A stretch of 61,569 nucleotides of DNA, filler included, from 5 parts of 5 records of this genome joined end to end with filler, not necessarily neighbours in it; one strand, 5' to 3'. Counted from the first letter of the whole stretch, positions 1 through 12,578 are shown. Notes: generated by a model not told the origin, from the sequence alone. Made by a program: numbers and translations.

Positions 1-2034
<2,034 letters not shown>

Positions 2035-2095
2035 GGGTATTCCTGGATTGCACGCTGATCCGCATCACGCCGGCGTTTCCGGCACGTATATAAGA

Positions 2096-2130
2096 AACGA
2101 CCGGAATCATAGGGAATGACTCCGGCCGTT
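2096..2130 (-). terminator. Probable intrinsic terminator downstream of the pilH-like gene
   Basis: Minus strand AACGGCCGGAGTCAT-TCCCT-ATGATTCCGGTCGTT forms a 15-bp stem with two G-U pairs, followed by TCTT. Confidence 0.55.
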
Positions 2131-2172
2131 CATAGATTGACTTGCCCGGATGGCTGTGGTTATCGCCGCGGA

Positions 2173-2535
2173 TCAGCGCAATACCCGGTCGATTTCCGCC
2201 AGTAGCTCCGCTTCCCTGGGAGGCTTGACGATGTAGCCGGAGGCGCCCTGGCGCTCGCCCCAGACTTTGTCGGTCTCCTGATCCTTGGTGGTCACCAGGA
2301 TCACCGGAATGCCCCCCAGCTCCGCGTCCCGGGTAATCTTGCGGGTGGCCTGGAAACCATTCAGTTCCGGCATCACCACGTCCATCAGAATCAGGTCCGG
2401 GCGTTCGCTGCGCGCCCGTTCAATGCCCTCCACGCCGTTCACCGCGGTGATCACCTGATGCCCCTGCCCCTCAACGATCTTCGCCAGATTGGTGAGCTGG
2501 GTGGGTGAATCGTCCACCACCAGTATCTTGGCCAT
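2173..2535 (-). CDS. pilH: Single-domain CheY-like response regulator, PilH-like
   Basis: MAKILVVDDSPT...PDLILMDVVMPELNGFQATRKIT...IPVILVTTKDQETDKVWGERQGASGYIVKP matches the PilH signature. Start trimmed to ATG 2535. Confidence 0.8.
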   Translation of the reverse strand: MAKILVVDDSPTQLTNLAKIVEGQGHQVITAVNGVEGIERARSERPDLILMDVVMPELNGFQATRKITRDAELGGIPVILVTTKDQETDKVWGERQGASGYIVKPPREAELLAEIDRVLR

Positions 2536-2771
2536 GCGTATTATCCCCCCTGAAAACGGCATTTTGACAAAATGATAGCAGCCCGTCCGGCAAAGGTAAG
2601 CTGATGAAAAACGTCAGCCGGGTGCCGTTTCCGGTCAGGCCGGAGGTCGGGATACCAGGTACCGACAGTAATCTTTATATACAATCTTAATCATCGTAAA
2701 ACTTGCCCGCCGTCACAGTGACGGGTATGAGACGGGGGCATCTGGCAGTTAAAAACGATTCGGGAAGCCTC

Positions 2772-3482
2772 ATGAGCGAACAAGTGGACAAGATTCTGGT
2801 GGTGGACGACGACGCCCGCCTGCGCGGCCTGCTGCAACGGTTCCTCGAGGAGCAGGGCTACGCGGTGAAAGCGGTGGCGGACGCCGAGCAGATGGATCGG
2901 GCCTTGTCCCGGGAGATCTACTCGCTGATGGTGCTGGATCTGATGCTGCCCGGTGAGGACGGCTTGTCGATCTGCCGGCGTCTGCGCGAGAGCGAGAACG
3001 ACCTGCCGATCATCATGCTCACCGCCAAGGGCGATGACGCCGAACGCATCGAAGGGCTGGATGCAGGTGCCGACGATTATCTGCCCAAGCCGTTCAATCC
3101 GAAGGAACTGAGCGCCCGCATCCGCGCGGTGTTGCGCCGTCACGTGCGTGAAGTGCCGGGGGCGCCGAGCAAGGCGGAGGGCAGCGTGGACTTCGGGCCC
3201 TGGACGCTGGACCTGTCCAGCCGCACGCTGAGCCGTGACGGTGAGCCGCAGGCGCTGACCACCGGTGAGTTCGCCGTGCTCAAGGCGCTGATCCAACATC
3301 AGCGGGAGCCGCTGACCCGGGATAAGCTGATGAGCCTGGCCCGGGGGCGTGAATGGTCCGCCATGGAGCGTTCCATTGACGTGCAGGTGTCGCGGTTGCG
3401 CCGCCTGTTGGAGGAGGATCCCTCCAAGCCCCGCTATATCCAGACGGTATGGGGCGTGGGTTATGTGTTCGTGCCGGACTGA
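2772..3482 (+). CDS. ompR: OmpR/AmgR two-component response regulator
   Basis: KILVVDDDARLRGLLQRFLEEQG...LDLMLPGEDGLSICRRLR; winged helix ERSIDVQVSRLRRLLEEDPSKPRYIQTVWGVGY. ATG 2772. Confidence 0.92.
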   Translation: MSEQVDKILVVDDDARLRGLLQRFLEEQGYAVKAVADAEQMDRALSREIYSLMVLDLMLPGEDGLSICRRLRESENDLPIIMLTAKGDDAERIEGLDAGADDYLPKPFNPKELSARIRAVLRRHVREVPGAPSKAEGSVDFGPWTLDLSSRTLSRDGEPQALTTGEFAVLKALIQHQREPLTRDKLMSLARGREWSAMERSIDVQVSRLRRLLEEDPSKPRYIQTVWGVGYVFVPD

Positions 3483-3488
3483 GAACCT

Positions 3489-4808
3489 ATGCCCAAACTT
3501 TACCCCCGTACCGCCTTTTTCCGCGCTGCCCTGATCGTCGGGCTGGTGATCGGCTTGAGCCAGGCCATCACCCTGTGGTTTTTCGCCCGTAACGCCTATC
3601 TTCCGGGTATCCGCGAGTACGCCCGGCTTACCGCCCTGCAAGCGGAATTGATCTTCGAGGAGGGCGCCGACAGCGACTTTCTGGAAGAACGTCTGGGAGC
3701 CACCACCGGTATTGGCGTGGGGACACCCCCAAATCTGCGAGAGCCGGACAGCCTGTTGCTGACGCGGCCAGTGGTGAATCAATTCGGTGATGAACTGGCG
3801 GAACTGCTGGACGAGCCGGTGACGGTCCGTCTGGAGGACGCCCGCCAACCGGTGCTGTGGGTCAACGCGCCGTCGTTCGAGGGCACATGGCTGCGCGTGC
3901 CGATGGTGTTCTTCCGCGACTATGATCGTTACCTGCTGCTGGGCTGGGGGGTCACCGTGCCGCTATTGGCGGTGATCGGCGGCTTGCTGATCGCCCGCAG
4001 CCTGAACCGGCCGCTGCGCCGGCTGGCGCGGGTCGCCCTTAAAGTCGGCCGGGGGGAAGCGGTGCCGGTGCTGGACGACACCATCGGTCCCACCGAGATC
4101 CAGGCGGTGAACCGCGCCTTCAATCGCATGACCCGGGATCTGCAACAAGCGCAGCGCGACCGGGCGTTGCTGCTGGCGGGGGTGTCCCATGATTTGCGCA
4201 CGCCGCTGACCCGGTTGCGGTTGTCCGCTGAGTTTCTCGATGACGAGGAGCTGTCCCAGGGCATCATCGCCGATATCGAGGACATGGACGCGATCCTCGA
4301 ACAGTTCATTGCCTTCATCCGCGACGGCGCCGACGAGCAGCCTTCCTATGAAAGCCTCAACGCGCTGATCGAGGAAGTGTGCGGCAAATACCCGGCGGAG
4401 CAGCTCCGTGTCGCTCTGGCTGAGGTGCCGCGCCTGATGCTCAAGCGGCTCACCGCCAAGCGCATGCTCACCAATCTGATCACCAATGCGCTCAAATACG
4501 GCGCCGCGCCGGTGGAGATACACACCATGGTGGATGACAACGCGGTGTTGCTGATTGTCCGCGACCATGGCCGGGGCGTGCGCGAGGAGGACATTCCCAT
4601 GCTGTTGCAGCCGTTCTCTCGCGGGGAGAAAGCACGCACGCTCAGCGGCAGTGGCCTGGGCCTGGCCATCGTCAAGCGCATCGTCGACATGCACCACGGC
4701 CAGATGGCGCTGGACAACCACCCGGATGGCGGCTTGCAAGTGCGCATCCGCTTCCCGGTCACCGGCCAATTGGTACAGCCGGAGACACTCTCCGCCGGGG
4801 TGCGCTAG
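3489..4808 (+). CDS. envZ: EnvZ/AmgS-like sensor histidine kinase
   Basis: Two TM segments, HAMP domain, H-box LLAGVSHDLRTPLTRLRL, N-box NLITNALKYG, G-boxes DHGRG and GSGLGLAIV. Directly follows ompR. Confidence 0.88.
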   Translation: MPKLYPRTAFFRAALIVGLVIGLSQAITLWFFARNAYLPGIREYARLTALQAELIFEEGADSDFLEERLGATTGIGVGTPPNLREPDSLLLTRPVVNQFGDELAELLDEPVTVRLEDARQPVLWVNAPSFEGTWLRVPMVFFRDYDRYLLLGWGVTVPLLAVIGGLLIARSLNRPLRRLARVALKVGRGEAVPVLDDTIGPTEIQAVNRAFNRMTRDLQQAQRDRALLLAGVSHDLRTPLTRLRLSAEFLDDEELSQGIIADIEDMDAILEQFIAFIRDGADEQPSYESLNALIEEVCGKYPAEQLRVALAEVPRLMLKRLTAKRMLTNLITNALKYGAAPVEIHTMVDDNAVLLIVRDHGRGVREEDIPMLLQPFSRGEKARTLSGSGLGLAIVKRIVDMHHGQMALDNHPDGGLQVRIRFPVTGQLVQPETLSAGVR

Positions 4809-6001
4809 CGGTCGGGCGTGGCCGTGGCCCGCTCCACCGCCCGGCCGGCGAAGAACACCAGCAGGCCACCCAGGGCCAGAGCGGTGCCCACCAGCCCGGT
4901 GGTGGACCAGGGCAGGTCGCCGCGGGTGGCGATGCCGGCCAGCCAGGCGCCGAGGGCGTTGGCCAGGTTGAAGGCGGCATGATTGAGGGACGCGGCCATG
5001 GTCTGGCCGTCGCCGGCCACATCCATCAGCCGTGTCTGCAGCGCCGGACCGAGCGCCATGCTGGTGCCCACCAGGCCCACGAACAGCAATCCCCACCACA
5101 TGGAATTGGCGGCAACGAAGAACAGGCCCTGGATCACCGCGCACCAGATCAGAATGCCGGGGATGGCCTTCATCAGATTGCCGTCGGCGGCACGGGCGCC
5201 GGCCAGGGTGCCGAGAATGGTGCCGATACCGAAGATGGCCAGCACCAGCGGGCCCAGGGATTCGTCCATACCGGCCTGTTCGGTGAGCGTGGGCATCACA
5301 TAGCTGAACACCGCGAACATGCCGCCGAAGCCGATGCTGGCGATGCCCAGGGTGAACAACACCCGGTGCTTGAGCAGCGCGGACAGTTCACGCAGCGGGC
5401 TGGCGTGGGGATCCACCGGTTGCATCGGCACGAAAATCCGCACCATCAGCGCGGTGAGCAGAGCGATGGCGCCGACCCCGGCGAACGCCACCGGCCAGCC
5501 GAACTGATTGCCGGCCCAGGTGCCCAGAGGGGCGCCCAACAGGATCGCCACGGTCAGGCCGGTCATCACCCGGGCTACTGCTCTGGCCCGTTGATGAAAC
5601 GGCACCGCCGAGGCGGCGACCAGAGCGGCGACGCCGAAATAGGCCCCGTGAGGCAGACCGGCGATGAACCGTAACGCCACGAAGGACCAGAAGCCGGGGG
5701 CCAGGGCGCTGGCCAGATTACCCACTGCGAACACCAGCATCAGTACGATCAACAAGGCGCGGCGTGGTACCCGGGCCGCCAGGGTGGAGATGATCGGCGC
5801 GCCCACCACCACCCCCATGGCATAGCTGCTGATGGCATAGCCCACATCCTGCGGATCCACCTGAAGATCCAGCGCGACCCGGTTGAGCAGGCCCATGATC
5901 ACGAATTCCCCGGTGCCGATCCCAAAGCCCCCCAGCGCCAGGGCCAGTTCGGCGATACGGGGGTGTCGGGCCATGGCGGCCTTGGGTTGCTGGACGGACA
6001 T
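4805..6001 (-). CDS. MFS transporter, DHA1 (AraJ/YdhP-like) family
   Basis: About 12 hydrophobic segments; LALGGFGIGTGEFVIMGLL, RFIAGLPHGAYFG, SLNHAAFNLANALGAWLAG. RBS GAGGAG precedes ATG 6001. Confidence 0.88.
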   Translation of the reverse strand: MSVQQPKAAMARHPRIAELALALGGFGIGTGEFVIMGLLNRVALDLQVDPQDVGYAISSYAMGVVVGAPIISTLAARVPRRALLIVLMLVFAVGNLASALAPGFWSFVALRFIAGLPHGAYFGVAALVAASAVPFHQRARAVARVMTGLTVAILLGAPLGTWAGNQFGWPVAFAGVGAIALLTALMVRIFVPMQPVDPHASPLRELSALLKHRVLFTLGIASIGFGGMFAVFSYVMPTLTEQAGMDESLGPLVLAIFGIGTILGTLAGARAADGNLMKAIPGILIWCAVIQGLFFVAANSMWWGLLFVGLVGTSMALGPALQTRLMDVAGDGQTMAASLNHAAFNLANALGAWLAGIATRGDLPWSTTGLVGTALALGGLLVFFAGRAVERATATPDR

Positions 6002-6023
6002 GCGCGCTCCTCGCTGCCGCGGC

Positions 6024-6053
6024 AAACAAAAAGCCGCCGGAGAAGCCGGCGGC
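6024..6053 (-). terminator. Intrinsic-terminator-like hairpin in the 5' leader of the MFS gene
   Basis: Minus strand GCCGCCGG-CTTCT-CCGGCGGC-TTTTTGTTT, ending about 12 nt before the RBS of the MFS gene. Confidence 0.6.
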
Positions 6054-6095
6054 CGGGAATGAGGTATGGGAAGACGCCTATTTTGACAGATTGGT

Positions 6096-6126
6096 TCCTA
6101 AACAAAAGAAAAGATTTTGTTTAGGA
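6096..6126. promoter_or_regulatory. AT-rich perfect inverted repeat between the divergent MFS gene and ilvD (candidate operator)
   Basis: TCCTAAACAAAA-GAAAAGA-TTTTGTTTAGGA, 12-bp perfect arms; TTGACA at 6083-6088 is adjacent. Confidence 0.5.
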
Positions 6127-6229
6127 CGCTGATGGGCGGCGGGCGCCACTTCTTTCCGATTGTTTACGGCTCTATGACGTGGCGGTAAAAGCGTTATGCT
6201 GGAACCTGCCCGTGATCAGGAGAACAACG

Positions 6230-7906
<1,677 letters not shown>

Positions 7907-7976
7907 CGTTCCGACATGCCCGCGAATGGTGGACACCGGTGGTCCTTGCCATGAAAGGAAGGGCCACGTTGTTTTC

Positions 7977-8417
7977 TCAATCCGGCGCGCGCCGGAACCC
8001 CACGCCGAAGCGGTTGAGCATGTTGATCACGCCGATCACATAAGTGAGATCGGTGCATTCCTTCTCGGTGAACTGATCCGCAAGCGCCTGGTAAAGCGCC
8101 TCGTCGTCGTGGCCGGCGTCGCTGAGGCGGGTCAGGTGATCGGTCCAGGCCAGGGCGGCCCTTTCCCGCTGGCTGAACCAGGGCGCTTCGTGCCAGCCTG
8201 GCAGAGTATCCAGCACTTCGTCGGGAATGCCCCGGTTACGGGCATCTGCCGCGTGCATGGACATACAGAACAGGCAGCCGTTGATCTGCGAAGCGCGCAG
8301 TTTCACCAGCTCCACCAGGCGCTGTTCCAGACCGGTGGCATCGATGACTTTTTGCGTGGCGAACACCGCCTTCATGGTGTCCGGTGAGGCGCTGTAGAAA
8401 TCGAAGCGGGCTTTCAT
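7977..8417 (-). CDS. AhpD-like / carboxymuconolactone decarboxylase family protein, copy 2 (146 aa)
   Basis: ELVKLRASQINGCLFCMSMH (CxxCxxxH), FSQRERAALAW. RBS AAGGAG before ATG 8417. Confidence 0.88.
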   Translation of the reverse strand: MKARFDFYSASPDTMKAVFATQKVIDATGLEQRLVELVKLRASQINGCLFCMSMHAADARNRGIPDEVLDTLPGWHEAPWFSQRERAALAWTDHLTRLSDAGHDDEALYQALADQFTEKECTDLTYVIGVINMLNRFGVGFRRAPD

Positions 8418-8440
8418 CTTTATCTCCTTCAACAAGAAAG

Positions 8441-8881
8441 TTATTCCGGCTCGTGACGGAAGCCAACGTTGAACCGGTTCCACATGTTGATGACGCCGAT
8501 GGCGTAGGTCAGATCGGTGCGTTCTTTTTCGCTGAAGTGGGCGGCCAACTGGTCGTATTCCGCCTCGTCGTCACGATGGCCTTCGCCGAGGCGAGTGAGG
8601 CATTCGGTCCAGGCCAGAGCGGCCCGTTCCCGTTCACTGAACCAGGGGGCTTCACGCCAGCCGGACACGGTATCGAGGACTTCATTGGGCACGCCGGCGG
8701 CGCGGGCATCCCGGGCATGCATGTGGAGACAGAAGGCGCAGCCGTTGATCTGCGACGCTCGTATCTTGATCAGTTCCAACAGACGGTGATCCAGGCCGGT
8801 GTTCTCGATCACTTCCGAGGTACCGAGCATGGCTTTCATGGTGTCCGGCGAAGCGGTGAAGAAGTTGATACGGGCTTTCAT
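8441..8881 (-). CDS. AhpD-like / carboxymuconolactone decarboxylase family protein, copy 1 (146 aa)
   Basis: ELIKIRASQINGCAFCLHMH, FSERERAALAW, INMWNR. RBS AGGAG before ATG 8881. Confidence 0.88.
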   Translation of the reverse strand: MKARINFFTASPDTMKAMLGTSEVIENTGLDHRLLELIKIRASQINGCAFCLHMHARDARAAGVPNEVLDTVSGWREAPWFSERERAALAWTECLTRLGEGHRDDEAEYDQLAAHFSEKERTDLTYAIGVINMWNRFNVGFRHEPE

Positions 8882-8960
8882 GGTTGCTCCTGTTAAACAA
8901 GCGGGCCTGTTGAACAGGCCAGGTGGCAAAGAGGTTGAAAAGCCGGTTCAGATTAGGGCT

Positions 8961-9010
8961 GAATTGGAAGGCCTGGCAGATCCAATTCGAATGATTTTGG
9001 GAGACCAATT
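8961..9010. promoter_or_regulatory. Candidate MocR-family operator (one inverted plus two direct CCAATT units)
   Basis: GAATTGGA (8961-8968) and TCCAATTC (8981-8988) form an inverted pair; a second CCAATT lies at 9005-9010. Confidence 0.5.
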
Positions 9011-10410
9011 TGCAAATCCATCTACCGCTGAATGGCACCGGCACGGTACCCCAGCGGCTCTACCGCGACCTGCGTTCGGCTCTGGCGGAGGGGCGTCTGA
9101 CCCCCGGCGAGCGGTTGCCGCCCAGCCGCGCGCTGGCGGCGGAGCTGGGTATCGCCCGGCAGGCGGTGGTGGATACCTATGAGCGTTTGGTCGCCGAGGG
9201 CTTCTTTGAAGCGCGCCGGGGGGCCGGAACCTTTGTCCGCCGGCTGCCGCCGGTGGTGGACGGCGAATCGGCGGAACCGGGAGTAGGTCCGGGCCGCCAC
9301 TGGCGTCCGTTATCCGTGTGGGGGGACCGGGAGGCGCCGAGGCGCTATAACTTCGCTGGGGGCGTGACTGATCGGCGCCTGCTGCCAATGACGGATTGGC
9401 GCCGGGCGGTGATGCGTGCACTACGTGAGGAAGCCCAGGACCGCACTCTGCAGGGTGAGTGCCAGGGGTACATCGGTTTGCGCGAAGGTATCTCCCATTA
9501 TCTGGGCTACAGCCGCGGTTTACCGTGCGCGGCGGGCGAGGTGATGGTCACTCAGGGCGCCATGCAGGGGATGGATTTGCTGTCCCGGGTGCGCATCGAG
9601 CCGGGAGCGGTGGTGGCGGTGGAGGAGCCGGGCTATCCACCGGCGCGCTGGGTGTTTGAGTCCCATGGCGCGCGCGTGGTGGGAGTACCGGTGGATGAGC
9701 AGGGGCTGTGCGTGGATCAGGTGCCGGAGTCGGCCTCGATGATCTATGTGACGCCATCCCACCAGTTTCCCCTGGGTATGCCGATGACCCTGGAACGGCG
9801 GCTGCAACTGCTGGACTTCGTTCACGGTCGTGACGTGTTGATCGTGGAGGACGATTACGATGGTGAGTTCCGCTTCGATGGCCGATCCCTGGAAGCGCTC
9901 AAGAGTCTGGACCGGCACCAGCAGGTAGCGTATCTCGGCTCGTTCTCCAAAGTGCTGCACGCGGATCTGAGACTCGGCTATATGATCATGCCGAAGGGGC
10001 TGCAACCGGCGCTGCGCCAGGCCAAGAGCCTGACCGACGGGCGTGCCCCCAATCTGATGCAAAAAGCCCTGGCCAATCTGATCCAGGAGGGCGCTTTCGC
10101 CCGGCACTTGCGCCGCATGCAGAGGCTCTATCAGCGGCGCAGGCAACGGCTGCTGGCGGCGCTGGCGCAGCGGCCGGATCTGTGGGAGTGTCTGCCGCAG
10201 GTGGCCGGCATTCATCTGGCGCTGGCATTCCGGCAATCGGTGGACAAGCTGGAAGCCCGATTGCTAGGGGCCGGCATCAACGCGGAAGATCTGAGCGACT
10301 TTCACGCTTCGTCCGAAGGGACGAAGGGACTGCTGATCGGCTTCGGTATGATTGATGATGAGGACATTGAGGTCGGTGTACGCGCGCTGGCGCGGGCCTT
10401 ATCGGCGTAG
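9010..10410 (+). CDS. MocR/GabR family transcriptional regulator (GntR wHTH + PLP aminotransferase-like domain)
   Basis: GERLPPSRALAAELGIARQAVVDTYERLVAEG; YVTPSHQFPLG; IVEDDYDGEF; PLP lysine in GSFSKVL. TTG start. Confidence 0.92.
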   Translation: MQIHLPLNGTGTVPQRLYRDLRSALAEGRLTPGERLPPSRALAAELGIARQAVVDTYERLVAEGFFEARRGAGTFVRRLPPVVDGESAEPGVGPGRHWRPLSVWGDREAPRRYNFAGGVTDRRLLPMTDWRRAVMRALREEAQDRTLQGECQGYIGLREGISHYLGYSRGLPCAAGEVMVTQGAMQGMDLLSRVRIEPGAVVAVEEPGYPPARWVFESHGARVVGVPVDEQGLCVDQVPESASMIYVTPSHQFPLGMPMTLERRLQLLDFVHGRDVLIVEDDYDGEFRFDGRSLEALKSLDRHQQVAYLGSFSKVLHADLRLGYMIMPKGLQPALRQAKSLTDGRAPNLMQKALANLIQEGAFARHLRRMQRLYQRRRQRLLAALAQRPDLWECLPQVAGIHLALAFRQSVDKLEARLLGAGINAEDLSDFHASSEGTKGLLIGFGMIDDEDIEVGVRALARALSA

Positions 10411-10472
10411 AGATCCTCAACAGGCTCTCAGGCTTTGGGGCGCCGTAGCCCGCGGATCAAGGAGAATAATGA

Positions 10473-11267
10473 ATGACCTATCTTCGCTTCCGTCAGTTGT
10501 GTTTGGTGGCCCGCCAGTTGGAACCGGTGGTGGAGGATCTGGCCGAGGTTTTCGGCATCCAGGTTTGTCATCGGGATCCGGCGGTGCGGGCGTTCGGTCT
10601 GCACAATGCGCTGCTGCCGGTGGGCAATACCTTCATCGAGGTGGTGGCGCCGGTTCGCGAGGACACCACCGCCGGCCGCTTCCTGCAACGCCGGGGCGGT
10701 GACAGCGGTTACATGGTGATTCTCGATACCGATGATGTGGACCGCTGGGGCCCCCATGTGGATGCGCAGGGCGTGCGGGTGGCGGCTTTTCTCGGCCACG
10801 GTGACTATCGGGGCATGCAGCTGCACCCCAAGGATCTTGGTGGCACTTTGCTGGAAATCAATCACACCCGTTACGGTGAATCTCTGGACGGTCCCTATAA
10901 CCCGGCGGGGCCGGACTGGCAGAGTTTCGTTAACACCGACCGGGTGGAACGCATGGTCGGTGTGGAGTTGCAGGGCGAAGAGCCGGAGGCCATGGCGAGC
11001 CGTTGGGGAAGCCTGTTGCGCCGCCCCCTGGAGAATAGTGGAGAAAGCGGTGGCGGCGGTCATCAGGTGACGCTGGATAACGCCTATCTGCATTTCGTCG
11101 CCGATCGGGATGGACGTGGTGAAGGGCTGAGTGGCGTGGATATTCTGGTGAATGACCTGGAGGCGATCAAGGAGCGTGCTCTTGAACGGGGCCTGCCGGT
11201 GGATCAAAGCCAGGTCAGCATTGGTGGCGTCCGTTTCCACCTGGTCCATTCCGAAGCCTTGAACTGA
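10473..11267 (+). CDS. VOC/glyoxalase-like protein (N-terminal half resembles methylmalonyl-CoA epimerase fold), function unknown
   Basis: RQLCLV...FIEVVAP...GRFLQRRGGDSGYMVIL...LHPKDLGGTLLEI. RBS AAGGAG. Clear paralog at 47808-48575. Confidence 0.8.
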   Translation: MTYLRFRQLCLVARQLEPVVEDLAEVFGIQVCHRDPAVRAFGLHNALLPVGNTFIEVVAPVREDTTAGRFLQRRGGDSGYMVILDTDDVDRWGPHVDAQGVRVAAFLGHGDYRGMQLHPKDLGGTLLEINHTRYGESLDGPYNPAGPDWQSFVNTDRVERMVGVELQGEEPEAMASRWGSLLRRPLENSGESGGGGHQVTLDNAYLHFVADRDGRGEGLSGVDILVNDLEAIKERALERGLPVDQSQVSIGGVRFHLVHSEALN

Positions 11268-11301
11268 CCGGTTGGCGCGAGGCCGGGATCCAGGGCGGCG
11301 T

Positions 11302-12417
11302 TCAATCCGGCTCCACCCGCAGCAGTTGCCCGTCATTGCTGTCGGTGAGCAAATACAGGTAACCCTCCGGGCCCTGGCGCACATCGCGGATACGTTGCTC
11401 GCGCTGCCGCAGATAACGCACTTCCTGCTTCGGTGTCTCACCCTCGAATCGCACCCGGTTCAGATGCGTCAGTTTAAGCGCGCCGGATAACGCATCGCCC
11501 CGCCATTGCGGATACCGGTCGCCCCCGACGAAAGCGAAACCGGAAGGGGCAATGGAGGGTACCCAATAATGCAGTGGTTGGGCCAAGCCTTCCTGGTGGG
11601 TCTCGCCGATGGCGGGGCCGTAATATTCGCGGCCGTAGGTGATTTCCGGCCAGCCGTAGTTCACTCCCGGTTTCACCGCGTTGATTTCATCGCCGCCGCG
11701 CGGGCCATGCTCGTTGAGCCAGGGCTGGCGGGTGTCGGGGTGTAACGCCAGGCCCTGGGGGTTTCGATGCCCCCAACTCCAGATTTCCGCGCGGCCGTTG
11801 CCGCCGTTGGCGAACGGATTACCGCTGGCGGCGGCGCCGTCCTGATCCAGACGCAACACACTGCCCGCGTGATCGCCGGTGTCCTGGGCCCGCTGCCGTT
11901 GTCCCCGGTCGCCGATGGTGAGAAACAGATGGCCGTCGTCATCGAACAGCAGCCGCCCGCCAAAGTGCTGGCCGGTATCACTGCAGGCGTCGGCCACCAA
12001 CACATCGCGGAAGCCATGTAGTTCGCCGTCACGATATTCACCGTGGCCCACCGCGGTGGTGGCGCCGCCGTCACAGGCTTTGGCGTAGCTCAGATACAGC
12101 CGCCGGTTATCCTCGAAGAGGGGGTGAGGCAGCACATCGAACAGGCCGCCCTGGCCCTGGGCCACCACGGCGGGAACACCGGGAACCGGTTCTTCCACCA
12201 GTACACCATCATGGAAACGGCGCAGGGTACCGCCCCTTTCGGTAATCAGAACCTCGCCTCCGGGCAGAAAGGCCAGGGACCAGGGATGCTCAAGCCCTTC
12301 AGCGAGAACGGTGACGGTGAGTGGTGGCCCGTTTTCCGGGGTAATGGGGGAGGTGGCGTCGGCGCAGCCGCTCAACAGAGCAACGAGGGGAAGCGCCAAG
12401 CAAGAGCGGAGCGGCAT
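11302..12417 (-). CDS. PQQ-dependent sugar dehydrogenase (YliI/sGDH-like), predicted lipoprotein
   Basis: Lipobox LLSGC; LEHPWSLAFLP, GQGGLFDV, HFGGRL, WGHRNPQG, EHGPRGGDEIN, NYGWP, RIRDV. Confidence 0.9.
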   Translation of the reverse strand: MPLRSCLALPLVALLSGCADATSPITPENGPPLTVTVLAEGLEHPWSLAFLPGGEVLITERGGTLRRFHDGVLVEEPVPGVPAVVAQGQGGLFDVLPHPLFEDNRRLYLSYAKACDGGATTAVGHGEYRDGELHGFRDVLVADACSDTGQHFGGRLLFDDDGHLFLTIGDRGQRQRAQDTGDHAGSVLRLDQDGAAASGNPFANGGNGRAEIWSWGHRNPQGLALHPDTRQPWLNEHGPRGGDEINAVKPGVNYGWPEITYGREYYGPAIGETHQEGLAQPLHYWVPSIAPSGFAFVGGDRYPQWRGDALSGALKLTHLNRVRFEGETPKQEVRYLRQREQRIRDVRQGPEGYLYLLTDSNDGQLLRVEPD

Positions 12418-12553
12418 GACGGAGAGTCCTGGCTGAAAGGCCCGGTCAGCTTAGCGGGATGGAGGGCGGCAAAAAAGTGCCGGTGTCGCGGTCCGTGAAC
12501 CGCTGCCGCCCTGGAGTTTCGGACATGAATTCAGAGATCGCTACAAGGACGCC

Positions 12554-12578
12554 GTGGGAGCTTGTCCTGCAAGCGAAT
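12554..12578 (+). repeat. REP element (GTGG family)
   Basis: GTGGGA-GCTTGT-CCT-GCAAGC-GAAT in the GST/PQQ-dehydrogenase intergenic region. Confidence 0.75.

Noticed and set aside
12463-12512. AGGGCGGCA...TGCCGCCCT inverted repeat upstream of the PQQ dehydrogenase as a structured RNA
   Set aside because: The arms are short and GC-rich in GC-rich DNA next to a REP, and I recognise no riboswitch motif.
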